A stretch of 64,000 nt of DNA. It comes from Acidobacteriota bacterium (GTDB lineage: Bacteria; Acidobacteriota; UBA6911; RPQK01; JAJDTT01). The notes below the pieces were generated by a model. The model searched no databases and was not told where the DNA came from. It worked only from the letters and a program-made list of their open reading frames with translations. Shown piece by piece: positions 1-9,057 of the stretch; position 1 is the stretch's first letter, and the number at the start of each line of letters is the position of its first letter. Position numbers and translations under genes: made by a program. Where the stretch lies: assembly GCA_965219855.1 (NCBI GenBank), contig CBDCOR010000010.1, forward strand, positions 144,164-208,163. Direction: 5' to 3'.

Positions 1-417
1 CAGCTTGTTCTTGGCCGTGACCATCCCCACCTGGCGTTCTACTTTGGCTGCGGCAGCCAGAATGGTTCCGCATCGCAAGTATTTGGACGAATTCATCATC
101 ACCTCTTCGCCCGTCTCCGGTTCGATGAAGAAGTTACCCCCAAAACCGGTCACCGTCGGCGGCGCGCCGGTCGTGATCGAAGCGTTATTGACATTGGTGA
201 ACGACGGCAGCGCGCCGCGGACCATGCCCCGATACCCTTTGGGAATCACACGCGCCAAGTTAGGCATCCGGCCCTGTGCGAGCGAGGTGCTGAGATATTC
301 GTCCCCACAGCCATCAACGCAAATAACCACGATCGGTCGTGCCGGTGGGGAATACGACCGGTCATTCACGGAAAACGTTTTTGTCGAATAGTCCGAACGG
401 TTAGCGGAGTTGGTCAT
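1..417 (-). CDS. Phosphonoacetate hydrolase-like (alkaline-phosphatase superfamily), N-terminal ~139 aa; gene continues beyond the left window edge
   Basis: Minus-strand translation reads MTNSANRSDYSTKTFSVNDRSYSPPARPIVVICVDGCGDEYL...GALPSFTNVNNASITTGAPPTVTGFGGNFF...; the metal-ligand and catalytic-Thr region is typical of PhnA/AP-superfamily enzymes. ATG at ~417 is preceded by an in-frame stop. The listed plus ORF 5..391 is its antisense shadow. Confidence 0.6.
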   Translation of the reverse strand, partial: MTNSANRSDYSTKTFSVNDRSYSPPARPIVVICVDGCGDEYLSTSLAQGRMPNLARVIPKGYRGMVRGALPSFTNVNNASITTGAPPTVTGFGGNFFIEPETGEEVMMNSSKYLRCGTILAAAAKVERQVGMVTAKNKL

Positions 418-960
418 TCAGCAATCTCTATAATTAGCATCATTACCAGCAAACTGGAGGTCTCCAAGAATCTACATTCACCGTGCCACCGGAGACCCTC
501 ATCTGGCTGGAAGCGTTACACGAAAAGTAACGGCTTGAGCTGGCTGATAGACGGTGTATGTTGTCGACCGCAACAGCATAATATCACGGTCCCCTCCATC
601 AATCGCTTCTTTTGATAAATGAACGGGCTGACAATGCTGTCATTGTCGAGGCGGGAGGTGGCGAAACTGCTGCGTCAGACTGCGTCGCCCCCCGTGTTAC
701 TCCGCCAGGTCTCGAGAATTTTCTCCACTTGCCGCGCCACTACAGCTCGCGACTCGAGACGATAGAGTCCGCCGCCCGAGATCAAGCCAGACGATTCCAG
801 CGTTTTCGCTCTTCCGGGGTTGGTCTATCATAGAGAGGATCGAGGAGAGGATCGAGCGAAGGAAGTTGGGGCGGCAGGGTGTCTTGCCCGCCCGCCGACG
901 ACGGCTCCTCTCCCGCAGGCACCATCCATTGCGGCGAGACAGGGCAAAGGAGGAAAGGAA

Positions 961-2175
961 ATGTTGCTGGGAAGACAGGTATTGCCGCTGCTGTTGTGTG
1001 TTTTCTTGATGCTGGTCCCCGGGTGGGCCAGGGGAAAGCTTTTTGTGCTGACGGGCGAATCCGAGATCCGGCAGTACGATCTGGACGGGCAGGATGCCCT
1101 GGCGTTGGAGGTGACCTACACGGGGGAGAGCCTCCCCGGGATTTTCCCGCTGGATGGCTTCGACGTGGCGGCGGGAAACATCTTGCGATGCTATGGCCGG
1201 AACCAGGGGCAGAAGGGACGGTTACTCTACAACCAGTTCTCGAATCGGCTCGAGCCCTACGCTGGTCCTCCCCGGGAAGGAGTGAAGATTCTGGAGGAGA
1301 CCCGGCCGGAGGACGACTATCGGCAGGCTACAGGCACGAAGTACCGGGACATCTTTGCCCTGGAGGGGCACTTCTTCGGTCTCGGCTCGGAGGGCATAGA
1401 CCGGCTGGTGAGGTCGGGCGAAAGCGTGACCTCGAAAACGGAGCTCTCTTTTGGGAGTAGTCGTCTAAGGGCTGTGGCGGTGAGTCCCTGGGGCGAGGCC
1501 TTCATCAGTGACGAGGCCGGGAGCCGCATTCTCAGGGCCTGGCTCCGAGACGGTACCCTGGTTTCCAATGGGGAGATACGCAACAACAGTCTGGACTCCC
1601 CCGGAGAGTTGGTCTTCAGTGCGCGAGGCGAACTGTTTGTTGCCGCCGGGACCGGCGTGTTGCGTTTTGATTTCAGGCCTTCCCGGGGGATCGAGATCCA
1701 GGATCTGAGCTGGAAGGACAACTGGCGGGCCTCTTTCAAGGATCGTCTGGAAGTCGGGAAGACGGGGGCTCTGGATGTGGCCCTGGCTCTGCCCTTCGGG
1801 GTGGTGGTCTCGGAGAAGACCAAGCCCATAGTGAGGCTCAGCAGCGAGAAGGCCGGAGGCCATCACGGGATCAGCCAGTCCATCTTCTTGTATCCCAACG
1901 ACGTACCCGGCGAGATCCAGACCAACTCGGAAGCCGCGGTGGTGGCCCTGGTCCAGTATGATCCCGGGGGACATACCGGTATTCACGCACACTCGGATAC
2001 CGAGCAAGCCTTCTTCTTGCTGGAGGGTAGAGCCATTTTCCAGGTGGGTGAGATCGAGGTCGAGCTGGGTCCCGGCGACCTGGTAATGGCTAATCGGCAC
2101 GTGAAGCACGGCTACCGGGTCTTGGGGGACAAACCCATCAAGTTCATGCAGATCGAGTGGGTCGACATCCAATGA
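961..2175 (+). CDS. Secreted protein with beta-propeller-like repeats and a C-terminal cupin domain
   Basis: ATG at 961 is preceded by a strong SD (AAAGGAGGAAAGGAA). The N-terminus MLLGRQVLPLLLCVFLMLVPGWARG is a signal peptide. The C-terminus GGHTGIHAHSDTEQAFFLLEGRAIFQVGEIEVELGPGDLVMANRHVKHGY carries cupin_2 His motifs. Confidence 0.7.
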   Translation: MLLGRQVLPLLLCVFLMLVPGWARGKLFVLTGESEIRQYDLDGQDALALEVTYTGESLPGIFPLDGFDVAAGNILRCYGRNQGQKGRLLYNQFSNRLEPYAGPPREGVKILEETRPEDDYRQATGTKYRDIFALEGHFFGLGSEGIDRLVRSGESVTSKTELSFGSSRLRAVAVSPWGEAFISDEAGSRILRAWLRDGTLVSNGEIRNNSLDSPGELVFSARGELFVAAGTGVLRFDFRPSRGIEIQDLSWKDNWRASFKDRLEVGKTGALDVALALPFGVVVSEKTKPIVRLSSEKAGGHHGISQSIFLYPNDVPGEIQTNSEAAVVALVQYDPGGHTGIHAHSDTEQAFFLLEGRAIFQVGEIEVELGPGDLVMANRHVKHGYRVLGDKPIKFMQIEWVDIQ

Positions 2176-2281
2176 ACCCGGGTTGAGGCTGGTCTCGCAG
2201 GCGCCGAACCTTCCGTCAGAGGCACTTTGGGGCTTGTGTTCCCAGGTGCGACCGCCATTCTGGGCCGGATCCACGACCCAG

Positions 2282-2359
2282 CCACTGTCGACTTCAGGCC
2301 GGTAACGTTAGCCTGGAAGGGACTTGCACCCTGCTGATCAAACGCCTTCACACGCGCAC
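2282..2359 (-). mobile_element. Solo 5' fragment (~78 nt, start of domain I) of the group II intron family present at 20921/33363/56344
   Basis: The minus strand reads TAGTGCGCGTGTGAAGGCGTTTGATCAGCAGGGTGCAAGTCCCTTCCAGGCTAACGTTACCGGCCTGAAGTCGACAGTGG, about 90% identical to the first 78 nt of the full introns (GTGCGCCTGTGAAGG...). Homology stops abruptly at ~2282. Insertion is again immediately after a GC hairpin (GGGCGCGGGGCCGCGCCC). Confidence 0.75.
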
Positions 2360-2800
2360 TAAGGGCGCGGCCCCGCGCCCGCTGGAGTTTGGCCTTTCCA
2401 GGAGGGCGCTTTAGCGTCCTGGCGCGAAGCGTAATAGACCGGTCCTTCCAGGGCCGGGTCGCCGGGCCGACGTCACTACCGAGCCCGCTAAACCGGGGTA
2501 CCTGTTTAGCGTCTAACCCCTTGCCCTCACCCTCAAACTTGCCTTTGCCTGTGCCTTTGCCTGTGCCTTTTGGCTTCCCCTTTCCCCTCACCCTTCCTTT
2601 GGTCTTTTACGAACGCTCTCGGTTGCGGAAACACCCGATGAAGGACTGTTCTTGTACAGAGGGAAAAGAGTAAGGGGAAAGGCAAAGGCACAGGCAAAGG
2701 CACGTTTGAAGGTGAGGGCAAGGGCAAAGGCAAGTAGGACGCTAAACACATACAAAGCGGGCTTAGGGCGCGGTCCCCGCGCCCCGTCCCAACGTCTGGC
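2360..2800. repeat. Large imperfect compound palindrome (arms ~2367-2600 and ~2672-2790) with internal 12-nt tandem repeats (CCTTTGCCTGTG x2), and GC hairpins at both outer ends
   Basis: The reverse complement of 2690-2790 aligns to 2367-2420 plus 2498-2560, including the GGGCGCGG..CCGCGCCC hairpins, TTTAGCGTC, and the GGCAAAGGCACAGGCAAAGGCA runs. The left arm has an ~80-nt internal duplication. The region lies downstream of the minus-strand SDR gene. All ORFs here are low-complexity (GKGKG / PLPLP) artefacts. Confidence 0.7.
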
Positions 2801-2874
2801 GCCGGTTGTACGGTTCGGGCGGGGACACGCGCCCCTACGGAATCCTTTATTCGTGTTCGTATCCGTTCACGGGA

Positions 2875-3732
2875 TCAGCCCGAAGAACTCAGGTAATCCA
2901 TGCGGCCGCCGTCGACGGTGAGTATTTGCCCGGTGATGAAGCGGGCCTCGGGCGATGCCAGGAAGGCGACTGCGGCGGCGATGTCCTGGGGCTCACCAAT
3001 CTTGCCCAGGACGCTTCGTCCACCGAATTCCTCTTCAATCCGGTCCACCTCCGCCGCCGACCTCCCTTTGACCAGGAGGTCAGTTCGAACCAGTCCCGGA
3101 GCGACCGAATTGACGTTGATATTGTCGGGACCGAGCTCCAGAGCAAAGCGTTTGGTCAAGTTCATGACGGCTGCTTTGGTAGCGCTATAGAGTGTCCTCA
3201 TTCCGGAGGCGTTGGCGTATCCGGCAATCGAAGAGATGTTGACAATCGAGCCCGACTGCTGTTTCCGCATGTGAGGCATGACGGCACGGGTGCAGTGAAT
3301 CGTACCCATGGCATTGACGCCCCACATCTCTTCCATGTCGCGCTCCAGGTCCTCGTCGGATTCATAGGAAGTCAGATCACCGTCGCGTACGACGGCGGCA
3401 TTGTTCACAAGGATGTCGATGCGAGAGAAACTTTCGACCGTCCGCTTGACCATCGTCTGTACGGCCGCTCGATTAGCCACGTTGGCTTGCATCGCTTCGG
3501 CTTGCTGACCAAGATCGCGGATTTCTCGAACGGTTTCTCCTGCCGCCGCCTCATTCCCAACGAAGTTGACAGCGACTCGCGCCCCTTCCTGAGCCAGACG
3601 CAAGGCCACGGCCCGGCCGATCCCCCGCGATCCCCCGGTCACCAGGGCGACATTCCCTCGAAACCTCCTGCCCTGCTCTGCGCTTGCCTGTGTTTCTGGC
3701 ATTGGAACCCCCGGGGAGTAGCCTACCACCAT
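2875..3732 (-). CDS. SDR-family NAD(P)-dependent oxidoreductase (3-oxoacyl-ACP reductase-like)
   Basis: TGGSRGIGRA Rossmann motif, NNAA, and the YSATKAA catalytic Tyr-x3-Lys. The true start may be the second Met (~3702). Confidence 0.85.
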   Translation of the reverse strand: MVVGYSPGVPMPETQASAEQGRRFRGNVALVTGGSRGIGRAVALRLAQEGARVAVNFVGNEAAAGETVREIRDLGQQAEAMQANVANRAAVQTMVKRTVESFSRIDILVNNAAVVRDGDLTSYESDEDLERDMEEMWGVNAMGTIHCTRAVMPHMRKQQSGSIVNISSIAGYANASGMRTLYSATKAAVMNLTKRFALELGPDNINVNSVAPGLVRTDLLVKGRSAAEVDRIEEEFGGRSVLGKIGEPQDIAAAVAFLASPEARFITGQILTVDGGRMDYLSSSG

Positions 3733-3880
3733 CCAGGACGACGTGCTCGGGTCCTCAAAAGTGCGGCGTTTTCACCGCGCACGATGTAGAATAGTCCCTA
3801 TCCTGAGGGTTGACCCCTCGGAAGGGGTTGCGTTGCATACTCAGAAGACTCGAATGACGGTGGCCCACGGTCAAGGAGGC

Positions 3881-4543
3881 ATGCCTTCGTCCTGTACCGC
3901 CTATCGAATCGGAAAGCTACTCGTTCTGGCAGGGCTGGCGGCAGCGATCTCCTACGGCAACGACCGGGATGTTCGCCTCCCGCACCTTGAAGCAATGCTA
4001 CCGATCGGAGGCAAGGCCGGTACCGAAGTGGAGGTCACCCTGTGGGGCGACATGCTCTCCAATGCAGAAGACGTCAAGTTCGATTGCGACGATCTCAGCT
4101 TCGAGTTGAAGAAAGCGAACGCGGGAAAGATCGAAGGCACGATTCGCATCGCCGAACGGGCTGCCCCGGGACCTCACATTCTGCGGGCGAAAACCAAAGA
4201 CGGTGACAGCAGCGCTCTCTGGTTCACTGTGGGACAGTTTGACCCAATCGCCGAACATGAGCCCAATGAGACCCCCGACACCGCACAAGCGGTTTCTCCT
4301 CCTACCGAAATCTACGGAAGCATGGTTAAAGGAGAGCGCGATTTCTATTCCTTCGAGGCAGGGAAGGGTGAGCGCTGGATGATCGAAGTGAGGGGCATCC
4401 AGTACGGCTCCATGTTCGAGAGTTACCTGCACTTGCGCGACGAGCAGGGAAGAGAGCTCGCCTTCAATGACGATCGCAGCGGTTTTGATGTCAACTCGAT
4501 GATCGACTACACCTTCGATCAGGCCGGTACCTACTCGGTTGAG
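3881..4543 (+). pseudogene. Secreted PPC (pre-peptidase C-terminal)-domain protein, 3'-truncated by an IS end at 4544
   Basis: ATG at 3881 follows the SD CAAGGAGGC. MPSSCTAYRIGKLLVLAGLAAAIS is a signal peptide. ERDFYSFEAGKGERWMIEV...NDDRSGFDVNSMIDYTFDQAGTYSVEC is a PPC-like fold. The reading frame runs straight into the IS inverted repeat TGTAAGCGG and stops at 4567. Confidence 0.6.
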
Positions 4544-4595
4544 TGTAAGCGGACACTTGGTTTGTGACAGTCGGACACTTGGTTTGTGACAACGG
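4544..4595. repeat. IS terminal inverted repeat TGTAAGCGGACACTTGGTTTGTGACAACGG with an internal 20-nt tandem duplication; outer end of a decayed IS3/IS481-like element
   Basis: The same 31-nt sequence recurs as a solo copy at 11039-11069. It begins with TGT, as IS3/IS481 ends do. At this site CGGACACTTGGTTTGTGACA is duplicated in tandem. Confidence 0.5.
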
Positions 4596-4613
4596 CTAGA
4601 AAGTAGCGCACCC

Positions 4614-4970
4614 TTACCCTTCGAGAGAGGGCTGGAGCGCGAGATCCCGTGATATATACTGGCCCCAGGGCTCGACCTGCATCTCCAGCAGCATTCCCTT
4701 TTCGTAGGCCTCGGTCGGAGTGGAGTCCGCCAATGCGGAGTGGGGCCTTTGAGTGTTGTAGAACTCCATCCATCGGGCGATGCCCCGTTGGGCCTGGAAG
4801 CCGTCTGAGAGTTCGTGCAGGTAGACGGCGTCTGCAAGTTGGACGGTCAGACACCGGTCAGTTATGCTAGCCGGTGGGTGTATGGGGGTATCGCTAGGCT
4901 TCGACGTAACCACCACCAATCCAGAAGCTGGACTAGCGAGGCTGCGCGCAAGAAGAACCCGACCTATCAA
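4614..4970 (-). pseudogene. C-terminal fragment of an IS3/IS481-type (rve integrase core) transposase
   Basis: ...GIARWMEFYNTQRPHSALADSTPTEAYEKG matches the conserved C-terminal motif of IS3 OrfB / IS481 transposases (YNxxRxHSALGxxxP). Upstream sequence is degenerate, with no intact DDE region. Confidence 0.5.
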
Positions 4971-5610
4971 CTCGGAACCGGAGCATCATCTCAATGAACA
5001 CTGTTTCGCCTTTGCCAAAGCTAGCGTGGTTTCGTCGACGCAAGTGCAAGCACGCCGCAACGACTGCCGCCGTTGTGCCACGTTCTAGAGAGGGCGGCTC
5101 GAAAGCGTCACGCCAAAGAAACCGAACCCAACTAGGACCGCGCTCGTCGGGCAGAGTACCCATTCGAGCGACAGCGACACTCCGTATCGCGTTGCCTCTG
5201 TTGTTCGCGGCTTTAGTTTCCCAAGATGGATTGGCCCAAGGCAAGTTGGTTAAGGAGGTCTTTGGAGTCGGTCAGATCAAAGATCTGCAGATATACCAGT
5301 ATGTCTTTGTAAAGGCGAAAGGTGATCCGTTCTCTTTTTCGGTAGTCGACTACGACGCCATTCTTACGAGCCCGACCTGCAACCCTAGTACCTACAAACA
5401 CGCTGAAAACCTTTGCGTACCCCGTTAGGGGAACGGACGGCCTCTACAGCGGCTTGCGTTCGTAGATGAAGGTGTGAGTATAAGTTACGTCCGAATCGGT
5501 CCCGTCAGTTTTTTCAAAGACGGCATCCGGTTCTCGTTCGATAACGAGGAGATCGAGGGCTTCGTCTTCCTGCGAGACCCTCCTATATCGAGTAACTTGT
5601 CACCACCGAC

Positions 5611-6927
5611 CAGTAGTGTCCCAACGTTTGGGCTTCTAATCTCTGTAAAGTATTAATGAGTAATATGTTAGAGAAGATAATGGGTGTTTCCGACTTGAAA
5701 GTGAGTGTACGCTCACGCCCTTCAGTTCATAAGGAGGGCGAGCATGTACACGGGCACGACGATTTTTTCTCAGGTGATGCGGCATCTTCCCTGGCATCAT
5801 TTTCATCGCATTGTTCAGCACTACGGAGGCGACTACAAGGTCAAGTCGTTCCGCTGTGCCGACCATTACCGGGTCATGGCCTTTGCACAGTTGACCTATC
5901 GCGAGAGCTTGCGCGATATCGAAGCCTGCCTACGGGCCATGAGATCCAAGCTCTTCCACATGGGCATTCGCTCCACGGTCTCCCGCAACAATCTGTCCAA
6001 TGCCAACGAGAGGCGCGACTGGCGCATCTATGCCGAGTTTGCCCAAGTGCTTATCGCCGAAGCGCGCCGCCTGTACACCGACGAGGACCTGGGAGTCGAC
6101 CTGAACGCGACCGTCTATGCCTTGGACTCCACGACCATCGACCTGTGCCTCTCGGTCTTCCCCTGGGCGCGCTTCCGCCGTACCAAGGGGGCGATCAAAC
6201 TGCATACCTTGCTCAACCTGCACGGCGCCATTCCCGAGTTCGTTCTGATCTCGGACGGAAAACTGCACGATGTCCACGCCTTGGACCACCTGATTCCTTG
6301 TCCCGGTGCCTACTACATCATGGATCGCGGATACCTGGATTTCGGGCGCCTGTACCGACTCCATTCTGCCCGGTCGTTATTCGTGACCCGCGCCAAGGCC
6401 AACTTCAAGTTCCGCCGCCGCTACTCCCACCCGGTGGACAGAACGACGGGACTGATCTGCGACCAAACTGTCCTGCTGAGCACCTTCTATCCGGCCAAGG
6501 CCTACCCCGAACCTTTGCGTCGCATCAAGTTCTTCGACGTCACCACCGACCTGCGGCTAGTATTCCTCACCAACGACTTTGCTTCTCCCGCTCTGACTAT
6601 TGCCCGGCTCTACAAGCTCCGCTGGCAGATCGAACTGTTCTTCAAATGGATCAAACAGCATCTCCGCATCAAGGCCTTTTACGGCACCAGTCCCAATGCC
6701 GTGAAAACACAAATCTGGATCGCCCTCAGTACCTACCTGCTCATCGCCATCATCCGCAAGCGCCTCTATCTCGAGTTGCCGCTCTACACAATTCTCCAGG
6801 TCCTGAGTGTCTCGCTCTTCGAGAAAACCCCAATTTTACAGGCCTTTCAGGACATGCATTACATTACTCAGAATAGTGACATTCATAAACAGTTGATGTT
6901 ATTCGACTAACGCTGGGACGCTACTGA
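5611..6927 (+). mobile_element. IS4-family insertion sequence, copy 1 (1317 bp), 8-bp TSD CCACCGAC
   Basis: Identical to 18243-19559. Imperfect 17-bp inverted repeats CAGTAGTGTCCCAACG / CGCTGGGACGCTACTGA. The flanks CCACCGAC (5603-5610) and (6928-6935) are direct repeats. Confidence 0.85.
5744..6910 (+). CDS. IS4-family DDE transposase (DUF4372 N-domain + DDE_Tnp_1)
   Basis: MYTGTTIFSQVMRHLPWHHFHRIVQHYGGDYKVKSFRCADHYRVMAFAQLTYRESLRDIEACL... is a hallmark N-terminus of this IS4 clade. ATG at 5744 follows the SD AAGGAGG. The overlapping 406-aa alternative-frame ORF 5656..6876 is spurious. Confidence 0.85.
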   Translation: MYTGTTIFSQVMRHLPWHHFHRIVQHYGGDYKVKSFRCADHYRVMAFAQLTYRESLRDIEACLRAMRSKLFHMGIRSTVSRNNLSNANERRDWRIYAEFAQVLIAEARRLYTDEDLGVDLNATVYALDSTTIDLCLSVFPWARFRRTKGAIKLHTLLNLHGAIPEFVLISDGKLHDVHALDHLIPCPGAYYIMDRGYLDFGRLYRLHSARSLFVTRAKANFKFRRRYSHPVDRTTGLICDQTVLLSTFYPAKAYPEPLRRIKFFDVTTDLRLVFLTNDFASPALTIARLYKLRWQIELFFKWIKQHLRIKAFYGTSPNAVKTQIWIALSTYLLIAIIRKRLYLELPLYTILQVLSVSLFEKTPILQAFQDMHYITQNSDIHKQLMLFD

Positions 6928-7182
6928 CCACCGACACAGAATGACGGCTTCGCCCGACCAGCCATCAGGGTGGGTGATAGCTGCCTCGTGATAGAGGAGA
7001 GTATCGTAAGTGTTACGGGCGTCTCCTACGTTTCGAATAAATTCTCAGGGGTTAAACACGCCTTTCCCGGTAATCTCAGATTGGTGGAGTACAGGGGCCT
7101 TAGAGAAGTGGAATTACTAGGTAAGAGAAGAACGGTAAACACCGCCATCTATCACGGTTGGGGCGTTATTGCGGCTACTAGA

Positions 7183-9051
7183 CCCAAAAGAAGTAGATGA
7201 AAGTGGACTAAACCACATGTAAACACCTGAAATGCCAGACCTGACGGGTATTCTGGGGTTGTCAAAGAAACTTCAGAACAAGCCGAAAGGAGGCATTTCA
7301 GGTGAAGAAAAAGGATAGCGCAATCATCCGCAAACGGGAAGCAGAGGTTGCTCAGCGATTGAGCCCCAGCTGGAACGGTCAAGACCCGAAACCGGTGCTC
7401 TCGCCCGAGGTCATCAGCTACGAGGTCTCGGAGAAAACGGGTGCGGTCAGTTACGGTGGTCTGGGGCTGCTGCAGCAGGTGGTGAAGTGGAGTGGGCTGG
7501 GGAAAGCCATTGACCAGGCGGTGACGCTGCTCAAACGCCACCAACCGTACCACGAATCGGACCACGTCCTGAGCCTGATCTACAACGTGGCCACGGGCGG
7601 GACCCGCTATCAGGATATTGAACTGCGACGTCAGAGTGTGAGTTTCCTGGAGGCGGTGGGAGCCGAGAAGATCCCCGCCCCCAGCACGGCCGGAGACTTT
7701 GTGCGCCGCTTTGACGCGCCCGACGTGGTGGATCTGATGGAAGCCGTCAATGCCAGCCGCCTCAAGGTCTGGGCCCAACAACCGGCCCGTTTCTTCCAAC
7801 GGGCGGAGATCGACGTGGATGGGACGATGGCCCCCACGAGCGGCGAATGCAAGGAAGGGATGGAGATCAGCTACGACGGGCAGTGGGGCTATGCGCCGCT
7901 GATCGTGACGCTGGCCAATACGGGAGAGGTGCTCTATGCGGTCAACCGCTCGGGCAACCGTCCCTCTCATGAGGGAGCGGCCGAATGGCTGGATCGGAGT
8001 ATCGAGCTGGTTCGAGAGGCGGGTTTTCGGAAGGTGCGCCTGCGCGGGGACACGGATTTTTCGCTGACGGCTCATTTTGACCGTTGGACGGAGGCGGGCG
8101 TGGAGTTTGACTTCGGGATCGACGCCCATCCGAGCTTCGTCAAGTGGGCGGAGGCGTTGCCAGAAGCGAGATGGAAAGAGCTGGGGCGCCCCAGCCAGGG
8201 GAAAGGAAAAGGGAAGAAGCGGCGCCAGCGGCGGGACAAAGTGAAGCCGGAGATTGTCAAGAGACGCGGGTTCAAGACGCTGACGCTGGAACGGGAAGAG
8301 ATCGCGGAGATCGACTACCGTCCGAGCAAAGCGAAGCGAACCTATCGGATGGTGATCTTGCGCAAGACGATCCTGGTCGAGAAAGGCCAGAAGCGGCTGC
8401 TGCCGCAGACGCGCTACCACTTTTATGTCACCAATATCTCGGCCAGAACGTTGGGAACGGCGGGAGTCGTACGGGAAAACAACCGGCGCTGCAACCAGGA
8501 GAACGTCATTGAACAACTCAAGAACGGAGTCGAGGCCCTGCGGATGCCCTCGGATACGCTGGTAGCCAACTGGGCCTATCTGGTGATTGCGGCTCAAGCC
8601 TGGAATCTGAAAGCCTGGATGGGGTTGGTGCTGCCGGCGCGACTGCAAGCCCGAGAGCTGGTGAAGATGGAGTATCGCCGTTTCCTGCGAGAGGTCATTG
8701 AAATGCCCTGCCAGATTTTGCGCAGGGGCCGACAGTTGGTCTATCGGCTGCTGGATGTCAATGGTTGGAGCCGTCTTCTCTTGGAAGGCAGTAAGTGGTT
8801 GAAACACCGGCCAGCTACCTGAAACTGAAAGGAGATAAAGTAGCTCCGAGGGTCGCCAGAGCTGGGGCGAGGTGTCTCTACAAACGCCCCCCAAGAGGGC
8901 AGAATCGTTTTCCCTGAGCGATCGGCGTGGAGGACAGCTGAAGACGTGCCTGTTCTGAGTGACTTCGCGCCGAAATTTAGAATTTAGGTCTCCAAAATGG
9001 CTCCTCGGAGCCGACAAAGGGGTCTAGTTTCGAACTTGCGCTTATTTTGGG
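7183..9051 (+). mobile_element. IS1380-family element, copy A (1869 bp), ends CCCAAAAGAAGT...CGCTTATTTTGGG
   Basis: Identical in length and nearly in sequence to copy C (41149-43017). Terminal inverted repeats CCCAAAAGAAG / CTTATTTTGGG. Flanked by ACTAGA. Confidence 0.8.
7302..8822 (+). CDS. IS1380-family DDE transposase (506 aa)
   Basis: GTG start follows the SD GAAAGGAGG. The C-terminal motif NQENVIEQLKNGVEALRMPSDTLVANWAYLVIAAQAWNLKAW resembles the IS1380/ISEcp1 signature. The antisense 621-aa ORF is spurious. Confidence 0.8.
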   Translation: MKKKDSAIIRKREAEVAQRLSPSWNGQDPKPVLSPEVISYEVSEKTGAVSYGGLGLLQQVVKWSGLGKAIDQAVTLLKRHQPYHESDHVLSLIYNVATGGTRYQDIELRRQSVSFLEAVGAEKIPAPSTAGDFVRRFDAPDVVDLMEAVNASRLKVWAQQPARFFQRAEIDVDGTMAPTSGECKEGMEISYDGQWGYAPLIVTLANTGEVLYAVNRSGNRPSHEGAAEWLDRSIELVREAGFRKVRLRGDTDFSLTAHFDRWTEAGVEFDFGIDAHPSFVKWAEALPEARWKELGRPSQGKGKGKKRRQRRDKVKPEIVKRRGFKTLTLEREEIAEIDYRPSKAKRTYRMVILRKTILVEKGQKRLLPQTRYHFYVTNISARTLGTAGVVRENNRRCNQENVIEQLKNGVEALRMPSDTLVANWAYLVIAAQAWNLKAWMGLVLPARLQARELVKMEYRRFLREVIEMPCQILRRGRQLVYRLLDVNGWSRLLLEGSKWLKHRPAT

Positions 9052-9057
9052 ACTAGA

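Noticed and set aside
5-391. 128-aa plus-strand ORF at the window start
   Set aside because: Its opposite strand encodes a well-conserved PhnA/alkaline-phosphatase-like N-terminus, so the plus ORF is an antisense artefact.
2112-2921. ORFs encoding GKGKG / PLPLPVP low-complexity peptides (2112..2591, 2389..2673, 2533..2751, 2652..2921)
   Set aside because: They are translations of the 12-nt tandem repeats and palindrome arms. Mirror-image ORFs on both strands argue for non-coding structure.
5656-6876. 406-aa Pro/Arg-rich ORF overlapping the IS4 transposase in another frame
   Set aside because: Low-complexity composition. The transposase frame has the conserved N-terminus and an SD-preceded start.
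7152-9017. 621-aa minus-strand ORF (and its twins 9948..10895 and 41079..42983)
   Set aside because: They lie antisense to the IS1380 transposase genes, are G/P/R/L-rich with no domain signal, and are a typical high-GC shadow ORF repeated with each IS copy.
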